This document shows positions 44,213-55,000 of a stretch of 64,000 bases of DNA, piece after piece (position 1 is the first letter of the stretch; each line of letters begins with the position of its first letter). The stretch comes from a virus. Both the position numbers and the translations under genes were made by a program. The notes below the pieces were generated by a model that was given only the letters and a program-made list of their open reading frames with translations, was not told the DNA's origin and made no database searches. The stretch lies in the IMG/VR virus record IMGVR_UViG_3300050343_000218. One strand, given 5' to 3'.

Positions 44213-45051
44213 CAGAACCAGTCAGAAGACCACTCTTCCTTACCAGCTGCTGACTGAGGAGCTTGGGTAGTTCCCTCTAGAGGAATGCTGTTGTCATCAG
44301 GATTAGTCTGAGGAGCATTTGCCATCTGGTCTCCCATACGCTCAGTTGCTTCCTGTTCACTAACTAGATCAACGTTAAAAGAGAATGTGATACGAATTGT
44401 ACCATCAGGATTCTTATCAATTCCAGGTTGCCTATGAACAAGATGATCAAGCTGAGAAGGGAAGAGAACAACGTCACCTTCTTCAATAGAAAGTGTCATT
44501 TCCTCTTTATAGCAACCATAACCCATCATATCAGGATCAAAGAATTGCTTCGCATAACGAGGTCCTTCCGTGTACATACGGTCAGGATTTAGGAAACTAG
44601 TTCCCTTATGGACCTTTGGATCAAAGTTAATATAATAGATTCCAGACAGATGTGATGGAATATGGTTATGGGACTCTTGATTCTGCCCAGGTCCATATGC
44701 ATTGAACCACTGCTGCGAAACCATAAAAGCGTGAGGATAAAACTCCGCAAGCTTGATAGATTCTTGAATATTGATTGAAAGATCTTGCAGAAGACCTTGA
44801 ATGTCGATTTCTGTTTCTTGAGTATGGTCTTGTAGACTATTATCGAAGAAAGTGGTGTAGCAATCACACTCCCAGCAAGCAGGACCGTCATCAACGTTGC
44901 TATTAGACTTAATAGCGTTCCAACGTTCTTGAATAACAGGCTCAATCAGGTTCTTCCATTTCTCGTGCGTTTGAAGTCGTCCACGATATACGAACTTTGG
45001 AAAAACTGAAAACAGACCATACTGGTCTTGCTTGTTTGTTTGTTGTGCCAT
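44212..45051 (-). CDS. 2OG-Fe(II) oxygenase, TIGR02466-like
   Basis: WFNAY, HNHIPSHLSGIYY, EGDVVLFPSQLDHLV, RITFSFN. Confidence 0.85.
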   Translation of the reverse strand: MAQQTNKQDQYGLFSVFPKFVYRGRLQTHEKWKNLIEPVIQERWNAIKSNSNVDDGPACWECDCYTTFFDNSLQDHTQETEIDIQGLLQDLSINIQESIKLAEFYPHAFMVSQQWFNAYGPGQNQESHNHIPSHLSGIYYINFDPKVHKGTSFLNPDRMYTEGPRYAKQFFDPDMMGYGCYKEEMTLSIEEGDVVLFPSQLDHLVHRQPGIDKNPDGTIRITFSFNVDLVSEQEATERMGDQMANAPQTNPDDNSIPLEGTTQAPQSAAGKEEWSSDWF

Positions 45052-45083
45052 AACGAAGTTATTACGGAGAAGTGTTCTAGACG

Positions 45084-45090
45084 TATTTAT
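45084..45090 (-). promoter_or_regulatory. T4-type late promoter
   Basis: ATAAATA upstream of 45051. Confidence 0.6.
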
Positions 45091-45150
45091 TGTACAGTAT
45101 GTGGGCGGTTTTTACAACCACCCTGTGTGAATAAAATCACAAAACCCTAT

Positions 45151-45190
45151 GGGTCAAAAAAATGTCGGAGTTTTTTTTCCGACTTTCTGG
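45151..45190. repeat. dispersed 40-bp intergenic element, copy 1 (terminator-like)
   Basis: 29/40 ungapped identity to 50433-50472; minus strand GTCGGA-N8-TCCGAC-A-T7. Confidence 0.7.
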
Positions 45191-45200
45191 TAACTGGAAG

Positions 45201-45410
45201 TCAATTTTCCACAGCTTCGAGAAAATCTGTAGGTTCACAGTAGACCATATAATCCTCGCCTTCGCTCTTGCACATCTGCATCAACCTCAGGAACGCTTCG
45301 TAATCATCAGAGCAATCAAGGGTCTTAAACTCACCTTCATCTGACACAAGGTGGATGGCACGGGTTTGCACATCAACGATGATCTTGTCAACGACTGAGT
45401 TGTCAGGCAT
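45201..45410 (-). CDS. small acidic hypothetical protein
   Basis: 69 aa after the promoter at 45433. Confidence 0.7.
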   Translation of the reverse strand: MPDNSVVDKIIVDVQTRAIHLVSDEGEFKTLDCSDDYEAFLRLMQMCKSEGEDYMVYCEPTDFLEAVEN

Positions 45411-45432
45411 AGGTCTTTGTTAGTACTCCGTT

Positions 45433-45441
45433 ATTATAGCA
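45433..45441 (-). promoter_or_regulatory. extended -10 promoter
   Basis: TGC-TATAAT-AAC, identical core to the gp32 promoter. Confidence 0.6.
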
Positions 45442-45454
45442 GAGTATAGAGGGG

Positions 45455-46369
45455 TTAGTTCAGGAAGATGGACGCTCCAGCAATTGTCACATTAGCTGTG
45501 GCAGTGATGGTGGCGTTCACACCTGCAGCTATTGTAGCAGATCCTGCCGCTGCTGTCATCACATTGTTACCAGCGACAACGTTTGTGATCTTATTGCCCA
45601 CGACCACAGAGCATATGTCGTTACCCGTCATAATCTTCTCTACCCTACCAGCACCACCAGAAGCACCGATGATCAGGGTCTTAGCAGGAGCACCAGGAGG
45701 AATGCTAGGCAGAGGAGGGATAGGTGGGATGCCAATGATCTTCTCAGACTCTCGACCACCCACAACCTTCTCGTGGTCACCTTTAATCACAGTGACCATA
45801 TGCCCTAAACTGAGCAGAGAGAACGTACCTCTAGGATCAGTCATCGCGATGGTTCTCTCACCAAAGATCTTATCCTCTTGAGGACCAGTAACTGTAGTGT
45901 CTGTCATATCAGCCAAACTAGTCTCCTTAGGTGCTGATCTAACAATTTTAGATTTACTATTCAAGGCGAGTGCTTGATCAGCAGTAAGCGTAAGGTTTTT
46001 GCCAGCATTAATATTGAAATTGCCCTCTGCTCTGATATTGATGTCCTTATAACACTGAATATCAATGTCATTATCAGCTTCTACCTTTGTTTTACCTGCA
46101 ACTTCAATAATTGCATCATTTCCCAATTTAATTGCGGCATCACCTTCACAGTGAACAACTAGCATCCCTCCCTTTTGATTTGTCGAAGGAGACTTAACTG
46201 CTTTGATGCAAACAGCTCCATCATCGCGTAACCATAAGTGATGCCCTGCTCGGTGCATCATAAGCATATATGGTTTGTCTTCTGAATCGCAGACCTGCCA
46301 TATGTGACCAGATCTGCTGATTGTAGAAGTTGTTGTAGGTTCTGTTGGTTTGCTTTTCGATGATGACAT
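45455..46369 (-). CDS. gp5 C-terminal-like beta-helix spike protein
   Basis: VxG 8-residue-type repeats ending GASIFLN; TAATG overlap with the gp5 stop favours a start at 46369. Confidence 0.7.
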   Translation of the reverse strand: MSSSKSKPTEPTTTSTISRSGHIWQVCDSEDKPYMLMMHRAGHHLWLRDDGAVCIKAVKSPSTNQKGGMLVVHCEGDAAIKLGNDAIIEVAGKTKVEADNDIDIQCYKDINIRAEGNFNINAGKNLTLTADQALALNSKSKIVRSAPKETSLADMTDTTVTGPQEDKIFGERTIAMTDPRGTFSLLSLGHMVTVIKGDHEKVVGGRESEKIIGIPPIPPLPSIPPGAPAKTLIIGASGGAGRVEKIMTGNDICSVVVGNKITNVVAGNNVMTAAAGSATIAAGVNATITATANVTIAGASIFLN

Positions 46370-49300
46370 TAGGGACAATCCACATAGTTGGCAGGATCTT
46401 TGGCGAGACCTTGCAGAATAAGTTCGGAACGATCTTCAGGAACACATTGAAGATCTGCTTTGGCACGGGCACCAAACCCGTCTCCTCCAGTAATTATAAC
46501 CTCAGGAATCTCAACATATTGCATACCTCCCTTGATTAAAACAATATTATCAACAAATCCCTCTGAACTGAGAGATGCTTTGGCAATAGAGCTATCACCA
46601 TTTACATAAACTGTCGGTGCTTTCGTATACAATCCACCTACATTCTGCAAAGAGAATCCAACTAGTTGGCAAATAATACCACCAGGAATTAAATTGCCAG
46701 TGTAACCTTGACCACCTCTAATAACTCTAACTCGGGTAAGATATCCCTGACTATTCAAAATAGGTTCAACGAATCCACCAAAACCTGTGTTACTTTCAAG
46801 AGATATAAAAGGTAAAGCAGTATATCTAAATCCAGGTTTAGTTACAGGGATGTCAACGATTCCACCGTCGTTGTTGATTATAGGAGTGCCAAACTCAGGT
46901 GTCCCGTCACCAAAACCATCATCATCGTCACCAAAACCATCATCATCATCATCACCGCCGCCAGTACTAGTATCGGTATCGGCATCCTCACTAGCCATAA
47001 GAACAGCTGTTGCACTAGCACCAAACTCATCGATAGAAAATGTAAGATTCTCTGGAACGTCAGCAAATCGATCAGGGCGAACCGTAATTGTAAATTTCGC
47101 TTCACCATCTTCAAAACAAACTACTCCAGTTAGAGGTTGAACGATATCCTCTGGAGTAATGCCAGCACCAAATATAGTATAAGGAAGACAAAGCCCATCA
47201 TCAATGGTGCCGATGATTGTAACGACAGCCTCGCAACCAGGTTCAGAGCAAATTTCTGGAGGATCAATTGTGATATCGGTAATCACCCCTGTTGGCTCAG
47301 GTACCGATGATTCTCCAGATGGATCCTCAACCAGACACGAAGCAGATATACCCAATCCATTTAGTTGAACGATAACTTGTTCTTGAACCTCAGAATCTGA
47401 TTCATCTACATCGTCTTGACGCAATTTAATTTCAACAAAATCAGACCCATCTTCAGCAACTGTGAATGTTCCTGCCAAATCAGCAGCAGAATTCACCATT
47501 TGTATTGGACCACCGCTTTGCTTAATCCATTCAATGTCTCCAAAAGTAATACCAGTCTCAGCTCTACCAATTGTATAGTTAACTGTCGATCCCGTATCCA
47601 CATTAACAGTATTCATTGTAAAGACAACCGTTTCTCCTTCGTTTACTTTCGATTTATCAGCTGATAAAGTATAGAAAGAGTTGTTATCAGGCAACAATGG
47701 AGGTACTATAGGAGGAAGGAAAGGTGGAGTAGTTGGTGGTACTTCTGGTAATGTTGGTGGTGGATTTGTGGGAGGTGGGCAAACTAAAACAATACCAGTT
47801 TTCTTTCTGACTTTTCCACAACCATCATTAAGTTTCATTTTCACATAGAAGTACTTACATTCCTTCTCTTTCTCCTTCAGAGTTCTAGTTTCTCCAGGTC
47901 TTCTAAAACCACCGCCAGAACTTTTATCTTTAGTTGCAAATACAATTAAAGCTTTTCCTGACTGACTAAACTTAGCTTCGCCTCCTTTCACACTAAGGAT
48001 TCTGATGCGTGCGTTTTTATCTTTACGATCATCACCTCTATCATCCTTAAGCCAAATTTGACTCTGCTTTAACTTTACCTTGATAGGTTTGTTAGTAGGA
48101 TTTAAGTTCTCATAAGAGATAAGATAACGTCTTCTACCCTTTCTACCCTCTCCAAAAGGAGCTTGAAGTTTTACTTTTTTGATAACACTATTTTCTTCTC
48201 TAGTGTTTCTATAGATCTGACCTTCGCCATCTTTACCAGTTCTTTTCTTTCGCCTCCAAGTTTTGTTACCAACACTAAATGAATCTAAAGCAACTCCGTG
48301 TTTTTCAGCATCATCATCAGTCCACATCTCAATCTCTACGGTAACTTCACCAGTAGTTTTGTTGCGACTTGAATTATTAATAGTTCGGATAGGAATTACT
48401 TTGCTACGATCACCCCGACCAAACCCCATAAATCCAGAGGTAGCACAATAGTCTTCACCAGCTTTTGCAGTACCATCAGCCGTGTAAAAAGTAACTGCAG
48501 ATGAAGTAGTCAAATCACCTGATCTAAAGATAGGCATATTTGCAGTTTGACCACCGAAAATGTTAATATCACCTGCTCTAAAGAAGCGACGGAAACAACG
48601 TGCTTTTCTTTTACCCCTACGGCGAACACCTGTAGGAGTTTTACCTCTCTTATCAGAGTCGAAAGGAAATTTTTCTTTCTTGCCAGTTTTTTTATTTTTC
48701 TTTCTTCTTCTTCTCCTCCTCCTATCATTATTGTTAGGATCGTCATCATCATCTAGATCATTGATGTCATCAAAACTACCTTCTCCTATTTCATCGGGGA
48801 CTTGTATTCCCCAAATATTCACATCAGTTTGTGGTGCAGGAGCAACCGTTGCAGCATCACAAACACCATCGATCGGGAACTGATCACCATCTTGTAACGA
48901 TGCGAGAAGTTCATCCAGATCATTGTATCCAGCTTTGAGTCCCGCGAATGTACCAGACTTAGTAGATCTCTTGGGAGGTCCGTCAGAACAAGAAGCAATA
49001 CCTGTGCAAGAGATGCCCAGGAGTTCCATCACTGCACTGATTGCACCACCAACTACATCACCAATCGAACCAATAGCACCAAGGACAGATGAAATACTAC
49101 CAAAGATGTCGTCAATAACACCTGTGATTTCCTGCATTACTTTGCCGAGCAGTCCATCAACTAGACGCTTTGTCTGACAAGCAGCCCAGTTAACAACACT
49201 ACCAATGTAACCCATCAAAGTTTCTTCGATGAAGTCTTCCATCCTTTCAAAGATGTCAGTCATCGAACAACCCATTCTTTCTAGGGCCTCAGTAAACCAA

Positions 49301-50181
49301 TCAACAACTTGCTTTAAACAACCAGGAAGAGGTTGAAGAACTGCCTTGATTAATTTTTGAATAACTTCCTTCAGTTTTGCCATCAGCATACCGAAAGATC
49401 TAGAGATGACAGCTTCTATAATTGTCTGTATTCTAGTAATGTATCCTTTAGCAATCGTCTGAAGGTCAAATAGTTCACCAGTATACTTACTAACATAGTA
49501 AGAACCAATGTTGCCATTAGTAGACTGAACTGCACCAAAAAATTCAGCTAAAACTATCTCAGTCTTGGTTGCTGGATTAGTTGCGCACTTACCATCAGCT
49601 ACAGCAACATCAACAGCACCCTGTGGATTACCACCAGGAGAATATGCTTCTACCAGACCAGCAATCTTTCTATTGACATCATCATCTCCATAAGCACCAA
49701 TAGGTTTAGTGCCAAAGTTTTTATTCTTTTCTTTTTGATCGTCAGTAACGTGAGATGTTGGATCGGGAAGATCGCCTGTCCTACTATCCTGCGAAATATA
49801 TCTTTGTAGAGGTGCGTATCCAGCTTCTGGTCTCTTTGCACTGGCATTAGCAACAGCACCTTGTGAACCTACGACTAATCTCTGACGTGAATCACCATTA
49901 ATAAAGAAGCACCAAACAATGTCCCCTTTTCTAATGTTGTGACTAGAACAACTAGTGGCAGTACCACCAGATGCATTACTAGGCATCAAAACAGCTGCCC
50001 AAGGAAGATCCTGCGTGGCAGGGACAGGAATAAATTCTCCAGATTGACCAGTACGAAACTCTTTATTAATGATTCGTACTTTGACTCGACCTGAAGCTTT
50101 AGGGTCCTTTACATCCTCAATAAAACCTTTTTGCATTCCAAAAAGGTCTCTCATTCCAGCAGCGTTGTGAGAGTTATCCAA
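46369..50181 (-). CDS. gp5: baseplate hub/spike gp5 N-terminal protein with Calx-beta-like domains
   Basis: GFIEDVKDP..GRVKVRI..DLPWA..GDIVWCFF..VVGS OB-fold; RSGD..V.F.T.DGTAKAGEDY Calx-beta motif. Confidence 0.75.
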   Translation of the reverse strand: MDNSHNAAGMRDLFGMQKGFIEDVKDPKASGRVKVRIINKEFRTGQSGEFIPVPATQDLPWAAVLMPSNASGGTATSCSSHNIRKGDIVWCFFINGDSRQRLVVGSQGAVANASAKRPEAGYAPLQRYISQDSRTGDLPDPTSHVTDDQKEKNKNFGTKPIGAYGDDDVNRKIAGLVEAYSPGGNPQGAVDVAVADGKCATNPATKTEIVLAEFFGAVQSTNGNIGSYYVSKYTGELFDLQTIAKGYITRIQTIIEAVISRSFGMLMAKLKEVIQKLIKAVLQPLPGCLKQVVDWFTEALERMGCSMTDIFERMEDFIEETLMGYIGSVVNWAACQTKRLVDGLLGKVMQEITGVIDDIFGSISSVLGAIGSIGDVVGGAISAVMELLGISCTGIASCSDGPPKRSTKSGTFAGLKAGYNDLDELLASLQDGDQFPIDGVCDAATVAPAPQTDVNIWGIQVPDEIGEGSFDDINDLDDDDDPNNNDRRRRRRRKKNKKTGKKEKFPFDSDKRGKTPTGVRRRGKRKARCFRRFFRAGDINIFGGQTANMPIFRSGDLTTSSAVTFYTADGTAKAGEDYCATSGFMGFGRGDRSKVIPIRTINNSSRNKTTGEVTVEIEMWTDDDAEKHGVALDSFSVGNKTWRRKKRTGKDGEGQIYRNTREENSVIKKVKLQAPFGEGRKGRRRYLISYENLNPTNKPIKVKLKQSQIWLKDDRGDDRKDKNARIRILSVKGGEAKFSQSGKALIVFATKDKSSGGGFRRPGETRTLKEKEKECKYFYVKMKLNDGCGKVRKKTGIVLVCPPPTNPPPTLPEVPPTTPPFLPPIVPPLLPDNNSFYTLSADKSKVNEGETVVFTMNTVNVDTGSTVNYTIGRAETGITFGDIEWIKQSGGPIQMVNSAADLAGTFTVAEDGSDFVEIKLRQDDVDESDSEVQEQVIVQLNGLGISASCLVEDPSGESSVPEPTGVITDITIDPPEICSEPGCEAVVTIIGTIDDGLCLPYTIFGAGITPEDIVQPLTGVVCFEDGEAKFTITVRPDRFADVPENLTFSIDEFGASATAVLMASEDADTDTSTGGGDDDDDGFGDDDDGFGDGTPEFGTPIINNDGGIVDIPVTKPGFRYTALPFISLESNTGFGGFVEPILNSQGYLTRVRVIRGGQGYTGNLIPGGIICQLVGFSLQNVGGLYTKAPTVYVNGDSSIAKASLSSEGFVDNIVLIKGGMQYVEIPEVIITGGDGFGARAKADLQCVPEDRSELILQGLAKDPANYVDCP

Positions 50182-50183
50182 TA

Positions 50184-50411
50184 TTAGTCCTCGTAAATTC
50201 TACATTCGTCTGCTTCTGGTTCCATCTCACAGTATAGTTCCAGAGGAGTGGGATCGTGATGATCTCCTGCTTCAATCTCTGCTTTATGGTTAGTAGCATA
50301 GACTTCTAGCTCTTTCAATTCACCTTCAATGTGACGACGTTGCTGTGGAGATGTAGATGCATTGTCTAGGATCTCTTTGTCTTTTGCGATGTGCTTTTCG
50401 ATGCTTTCCAT
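50184..50411 (-). CDS. cp12: phage CP12, Calvin-cycle inhibitor
   Basis: PQQRRHIEGEL..L..Y and C-terminal LYCEMEPEADECRIYED. Confidence 0.95.
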   Translation of the reverse strand: MESIEKHIAKDKEILDNASTSPQQRRHIEGELKELEVYATNHKAEIEAGDHHDPTPLELYCEMEPEADECRIYED

Positions 50412-50432
50412 TGTTTGGGAAGAAAACTTAAA

Positions 50433-50472
50433 GGGGTAAAATTTTGGCGGGACTTTTTTTCCGAAATTCTGG
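50433..50472. repeat. dispersed 40-bp intergenic element, copy 2
   Basis: GGGGTAAAATTTTGGCGGGACTTTTTTTCCGAAATTCTGG. Confidence 0.7.
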
Positions 50473-50474
50473 TG

Positions 50475-50481
50475 TATTTAT
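50475..50481 (-). promoter_or_regulatory. T4-type late promoter
   Basis: ATAAATA upstream of cp12. Confidence 0.55.
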
Positions 50482-50702
50482 TCCGAAATTGCCACGTTTT
50501 CGATGACTTCTACAACTTCTGTGTCATCATCAGAGTTTTCGATGTTCTTTTTCAGAGCCTCAAGTCCTAAGGCAAGTTGTCCATACAGTTTAGCAAGTAC
50601 AACTTCATCCTTCTCTTCAGATAGTTTATCGAGGATCGCGCTGAGTCCACGAGTCATATGAGAAGGGTATTGATCTAGAAATTCTTTGTTCATTGTTAAC
50701 AA
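50478..50702 (-). CDS. acidic hypothetical protein
   Basis: 74 aa. Confidence 0.65.
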   Translation of the reverse strand: MLTMNKEFLDQYPSHMTRGLSAILDKLSEEKDEVVLAKLYGQLALGLEALKKNIENSDDDTEVVEVIENVAISE

Positions 50703-52045
50703 TTTTTGTTCATAGAATCCTTAACGAGTGTCATAGAAGTGAAGCATTCGCGAGGTGTCATACTATATCTATGCGCCAATCTAAAGACTAGATATGCGCC
50801 ACTCCTACGAAGGTCTTCATCGTCAGCATCCTTAGCGTGATCAGGTTTAGAAGACTGGATGTGCAATTTAATTTTTTGTCCAGCTCTAAGTTCTGAATTG
50901 CCAGGTACGACAACGTTAGTTACATTCATTGCCATAGTAGCACGACGTGCGTTGTATTGGCAAATTGTATACGGACCCCAGTCAGGGTACTCTGTTTCTA
51001 CATCACTACCATCTCTTCCAACAGTATCTCCTGCAGCTTCTTCTTCATCAAAGAACGCTTCATTAGTTGTGTCAATTTTAAATGTTTTAACTGCTTGAGT
51101 ATTATTAGATGTAGAAGTTTGATAGTCCTCCAACCACTGCAACATCCAGATAGGAAATCTGTCTTGTGTACCTATGTGTCCCCATTGTTTCCAATGTTCT
51201 TTTAGGTTCCACCTTTCTTCTTTAAATTCTTGGGTGTCCGTGTTGGTTACTGCCATTATAGCAGAGAAGACTCCTTTGTCTGCCATTGCTTTGAGATCAC
51301 CATCTCTTTGCACATTATAGTTATTGATAATCAAATGAGCTGGAATTTGATTGGTGTTTGCAGGTGACTGATAGTATTCCCAATGGGGTTTGACACCATC
51401 AAACGCATCGTCTCCTGTAGACAACAGATAATCAATGGAAGCAAAGTTATATCCATCTCTCGTTCCCCAAAGAAAATATCCACAAGTATTAGCTTGCTCA
51501 CCTGCTTTAGGAATCGATTGAGTGCATACTCTCCTCGCCATCTTATCAAGCGAGATACCTTCGCCAGCGATGTGTAGCTTATTAAATGGTGCGGAACCAC
51601 GTAATTGCACCCTACTACTCATCGATGCATCTTGAAATGCTGTGGCAATTACAATATCTCCTGTTCCCTTATAGGTATTCATTGCCTTATAGGTGGAGAA
51701 AGACTTACTATCTTTTTTGATCAGGTTAATTGTAGTAAGCTTACCTTTAAAGTCAACGAAAGGAGTGGAATTTGATCCAACAACAAACTCATACTCAACT
51801 TCTTTACCAGAGGTTTGATCTGTCTCTAGAGTGATGACAAACTCTTCTCCTCCTGCCAAAGGTAAGTCAGTTGATCCTAGATCATTAAGGACTGCCACTG
51901 CAGTAGGACAGATCCTTTCTAAGTCTTCGTAGTAAGTGAACGATGCTAGGTTAGGGGTAAGATTGATAATTGCACCCGAGGTCATTGTTAATTTAATACC
52001 AATTAACTTCCAGCCAATTTGAGCATCAGAAGAAGGTGCAGCCAT
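50696..52045 (-). CDS. baseplate hub protein (gp27/gpD-like)
   Basis: 449 aa; YFLWGTRDGYNFASID and C-terminal VPGNSELRAGQKI..SGAYLV..LAHRY; lies between the TMP-like gene and gp5. Confidence 0.65.
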   Translation of the reverse strand: MAAPSSDAQIGWKLIGIKLTMTSGAIINLTPNLASFTYYEDLERICPTAVAVLNDLGSTDLPLAGGEEFVITLETDQTSGKEVEYEFVVGSNSTPFVDFKGKLTTINLIKKDSKSFSTYKAMNTYKGTGDIVIATAFQDASMSSRVQLRGSAPFNKLHIAGEGISLDKMARRVCTQSIPKAGEQANTCGYFLWGTRDGYNFASIDYLLSTGDDAFDGVKPHWEYYQSPANTNQIPAHLIINNYNVQRDGDLKAMADKGVFSAIMAVTNTDTQEFKEERWNLKEHWKQWGHIGTQDRFPIWMLQWLEDYQTSTSNNTQAVKTFKIDTTNEAFFDEEEAAGDTVGRDGSDVETEYPDWGPYTICQYNARRATMAMNVTNVVVPGNSELRAGQKIKLHIQSSKPDHAKDADDEDLRRSGAYLVFRLAHRYSMTPRECFTSMTLVKDSMNKNC

Positions 52046-55000
52046 TAAATATCTCCTTGGAATACGTGACCACCATCTCTAACAGGAGAGGTTGTCGGGA
52101 ACATAGCAACATCACCAGATCCTTGCATACCAGGATCTTGTGGAGACATAGTACCTCCACCAGCATTTGAATTTGCAGCTGACATAAGCAACTGCGGAAT
52201 ACTTGCCAGCGGTGCGAGAGCACCAGCAATACTATCTGCTAATCCACTTTCCATACCTGACTTCTGTAGAGCGTCTGAACGATTAGCAATGTTGGAAGAC
52301 ATACTGCTAGCAGTACTTGCCATCCCCCGTAGCGCACTAGTGATAGGTGATACTGACAGAGCAGCTGCTGATGCTTCTCGTCCTGGAGTACTACCATCAG
52401 CAGAGTAAGAAGAAGAACTACTACTATCCAGCGAAGGAGTACCAGGACCATCCTTAGTGAAAGGAGCGTACTTATTATATTTCGATAGAGGTTCAAACAA
52501 ACTTCGACCAGAGCGACCTACGTCACGTTCTTTAGTTGCTGTTTCCCAATGAAGGTGTGGACCATAGGAGTTACCAGTGTTACCAACCTCACCAACTTTT
52601 GTTCCTGCTGCATATGTTTTACCAACTTTCAATTTACTCTGGGACTTCATATGACCGTACATATGAGTAATACCATCTTCTGTAGTAAAGTAAATCGAAT
52701 TGCCATACCCAGCTCCGTTTGCGGTAGCACGATTGTCCACAATCTTAGCGCCTAAAGGCAGGAACATTGGAGTTCCTGATCTAGCAGCGATATCTGTACC
52801 TTGATGCATCTTCCACAATCCTGACCCTGGTGCCGTTCGCATACCACGCTTAGAAGTGACAGTAATATTAGGTCTGTTACCAGTAGCTCCACCCATACCA
52901 GGTAGTTTAATAAACTCACTACTACTAGTAGGACTAGCAGGACCACCTTGTCCACGCAGTTTCCTCATCATTTCTTCTTGCTGCTTTCTTCTATTGTATA
53001 GTTTTCCAGCAAGAGTATCGTTACTTACATTATCCAAGTCACCTGTGGTTGCTTTCTGTGCATCACCACTGAACCAAGACATTGGATTCAACATATTAAA
53101 TCCACCACCTTTACCACGAACAGAATTCTGTACAGGACCACCTTCTCCTTCATCACTTGTACCATCAACAAAGTTGTTTATCTTACCGAGAACATCACCT
53201 GACATCGCCCCCTCCATACCAGAAACCATACCACGAAGAGCATCACCACCCAACCAGGAAGGAACATTGTCAATTAGACCTTTAATAAATCCCATACCAG
53301 CTTGAACAACTGTGCTGATGGTTTTGACAATGTTAGTGACTAGATCAACAACACTTCTGATTGAACTGATAACAAGATTAAGTACTGGTGCTAAGGTCTT
53401 CAGCAGAACTTTGGCAATAATACCAATAATTCTACCAATGTTTTGAAGAGCTGTGACAAATCCACCACTTCCATCTTTTCCGTTACCCTTAATACCAAAA
53501 GCACCCGCGACAGTATCCAATGCACCTGTGATAGAACCAGCAAGTCCTTTAAAGTTATCAATCACAGGACCAAAAGTACCACCCCAGTCGAATGACTTGA
53601 ATGTGTTGGCGAATCCTTCACCCAAGAACTTACCAACGTTCTCACCTAACCAAGCACCAGCTGCTGCACCCAGAGCAGTACCGATAGGACCGAGAGCACT
53701 ACCCAGGATACCACCCACCACAGTACCGACACCAGCACCCACACCAGCACCAGCAGATCTACCAACGATCTTTGCTTTGTCTTTCTTCAGACTACCATCA
53801 GCAAGACCAGCTTTAATTTGTTCCTCATCCATCTGAGGATTCTCTGCCCTCAGTCTCTCCATTTCCTCTGTGTTTGCATCCATAGCGCCAAACCCAGCAG
53901 AGATTAGGGAACCGAGAATAGGAATTCTCTTCGCCAAACTACCAGCACCTTTTGCAACACTAGCAATACCTTTCGCATTCTTTATAGTAGATACTGCTTG
54001 TGGTGTTGCTGTTCTCGCTGCCCTAATTGTGTCACCAAGTTTCGCAGCAACACCAGGAGTAGCACGAGCACCAGCTGCACCAAGTCTAGCAGCACCCTGA
54101 ACACCACGTGATCCAAGTTTAGATACTTGTGTAGCAGCTTTACCTAAGTCAAAGTTCTTAAGAGCAGTCTTAGCAGTGGTTCCAAAACCTTTTACTGCTG
54201 TAGTTAAATTTTTAAACTGTCCAGGCAATGCTTTTATTACATTACCAAAACTAGTAATAGTTTTTACCTTAAGGTTCTTAAGGTTCTTAACGATATCATC
54301 AAAGGTACCAAGGATTGCAGCTTGAGGACCAGCAGCTTTCGAGACTGCCATAAACTGCTTGACTCCCTGCGGAGTTGCTGCAGAGACTGCTTGTCTAGTA
54401 GCGCTAGCTGCATTACGAGCACTTGTAACAGTACCCTGAATACCTGTTCTAATACCTCTACCAGCACGGAAGACACCACCCGCTTCCATCCCAACATCAC
54501 CAACACCACGAGCAATGTTCGGGAACGGACGACCTGCAGTGCGAAGAACATCGACATCACGAGCACCAGTAAGTCCTTGCCCAAAGAGTTTAGCTTGTGT
54601 AGGAAGATTTTTTAATCCAGCTACACGTGTAGCTACACCTCTCTGTACTCCCTCTACACCTCTCTGTGCTCCCTGTCTCGCACCACTTACAAAACCAGCA
54701 GCTCTTTCTCTAGTAGTTTTTACAGCAGCGACAAGAGAATCTTTTAAAGTCTTAGGAGTAATAGTAGTTGGGAGAGTACTGCTACCTGCACGTGCTCCCT
54801 GTCTGATAGCAATGTCATCTAATTTAGATGCAAGCTTGCTAGTATCTGACCTTCCAACCGCTTCAGCAATTGCTTGGGTTCCTCTAACAGGAAGCATCGC
54901 AGTTGACTTAGCAGCTCCAGCTATTCCCTTGCCGATTGCTCCACGAACTGCACCACCAGTCTTTGCATACTTACCAGACTTCGCAGCATCGACTCCCATC

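Noticed and set aside
46360-46380. Frameshift fusing the gp5 N-terminal gene to the needle gene
   Set aside because: No slippery heptamer; the TAATG overlap indicates ordinary translational coupling
45205-47820. Isolated TTTTCCACA 9-mers at 45205 and 47812
   Set aside because: Single copies inside coding sequence (A-V-E-N and C-G-K codons); compatible with chance
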